The notes below the pieces were generated by a model. It had not been told where the DNA came from. It did no database searches and saw only the letters and a list, made by a program, of their open reading frames with translations. Position numbers and translations under genes: made by a program. From Lama glama (lineage: Eukaryota): DNA of 64,000 nucleotides. The stretch lies in assembly GCA_028534125.1 (NCBI GenBank), contig CM052817.1:49292001-49356000 (forward strand), given 5' to 3'. Below, piece after piece: positions 63,128 to 64,000 of the stretch; the stretch's first letter is position 1, and every line of letters starts with the position of its first letter.

Positions 63128-64000
63128 GTAGATAAAGAAACATAATAGTGGATAACTATAAAATGAGACAGTTAAATCCTGTAAAAAGTTTGACTATAAA
63201 CATACTTTGCAAGAAAGGTAAATTATTACGATGGCTCCAACATGTCTCAAATATTTAAAAACCAGAATATACATAGCAGGTGCTGCAATAATACAGACAG
63301 TGTCTTGACAATGATTTTGGATACACACTATAATCAAGTAAATATATATGAGAGATGCAGTGCGAAATCTGGTTATTTTAATGGTACTCTGGGCAGGTAG
63401 AGAAATCACCAAATTCTGCCTTGTCATTGCTGCTTTCCTTGAAGGATTCCTGAGGACACAGTACACACACAGAAGTTCTCAGGAGTTAAATTTTAACAGT
63501 AATTGTACTAGCACAGTAATGTTGAGCAATGTTGATAAAGGTCGGAAATGTGCTATGCAGTTTATACTCGCCAGGTAATCCTGGCTGCCTTTATTTTCCC
63601 TAAATTTTGGAACAGATCTATTCAGTGTGCTTTTCAGGGTGCTATTCAGAGAAAGGGTTGTCAGGGCTCCCCAGGCTGCCTGCAGACACCCAGTCGGGCA
63701 CCATGATTTAGACAAAAACAAACATCAGCCTGCCCTGGGTGCCTTGGTCCTACCAAAGCCTGAAGCAGGAAGATAAAAGAGAAACGGTGAAGATGGGGTT
63801 CTGCCCTGAAGGTGAACCCTGTGCATTGTAAAGGGTGGACTTTAATGGACTCTGCATCCAGCCTATCAGATTACTCCTCCTGACTGAGGAGGGAGAATGG
63901 ACTATAAGAAAAAGTCAAGCATAAGGAAGACTGGCATGGAAAAGATTCTACTGCCTCCTTCCCCATATTATACAGCAGTAACTTATTCTCTACAAAATAA

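Overview
Mammalian genomic DNA (AT-rich, intron/repeat-dominated, two 500-N scaffold gaps) containing part of a tandem UDP-glucuronosyltransferase family 2 (UGT2) cluster, all genes on the + strand. Gene A: exons 2, 3 and 6 are visible and intact; exons 4-5 are not visible and probably lie in the gap at 7179-7678. Gene B: a duplicated UGT2 pseudogene (15647-33543) with nonsense codons, frameshifts and no recognisable exon 2. Gene C: UGT2B-like, with intact exons 1-3 (46517-63127), continuing beyond the window. Between and within the genes are two near-full-length antisense LINE-1s, many older L1/L2/MIR/MaLR fragments and three tRNA-derived SINEs whose sequence suggests a camelid genome (inference). 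I see no CRISPR array, rRNA/tRNA gene or new protein family. The most unusual signals are retrotransposition-related: (1) a polyadenylated MLT1-LTR fragment retro-inserted into the 3' UTR of a much younger L1; (2) a ~1 kb TSD-flanked, doubly internally deleted 'mini-L1'; (3) an L1 insertion without TSD that coincides with loss of UGT2 exon 2; (4) the same ORF1 codon-4 stop in two separately inserted L1s. Repeat-family names are from recognition by eye, not from a database search.
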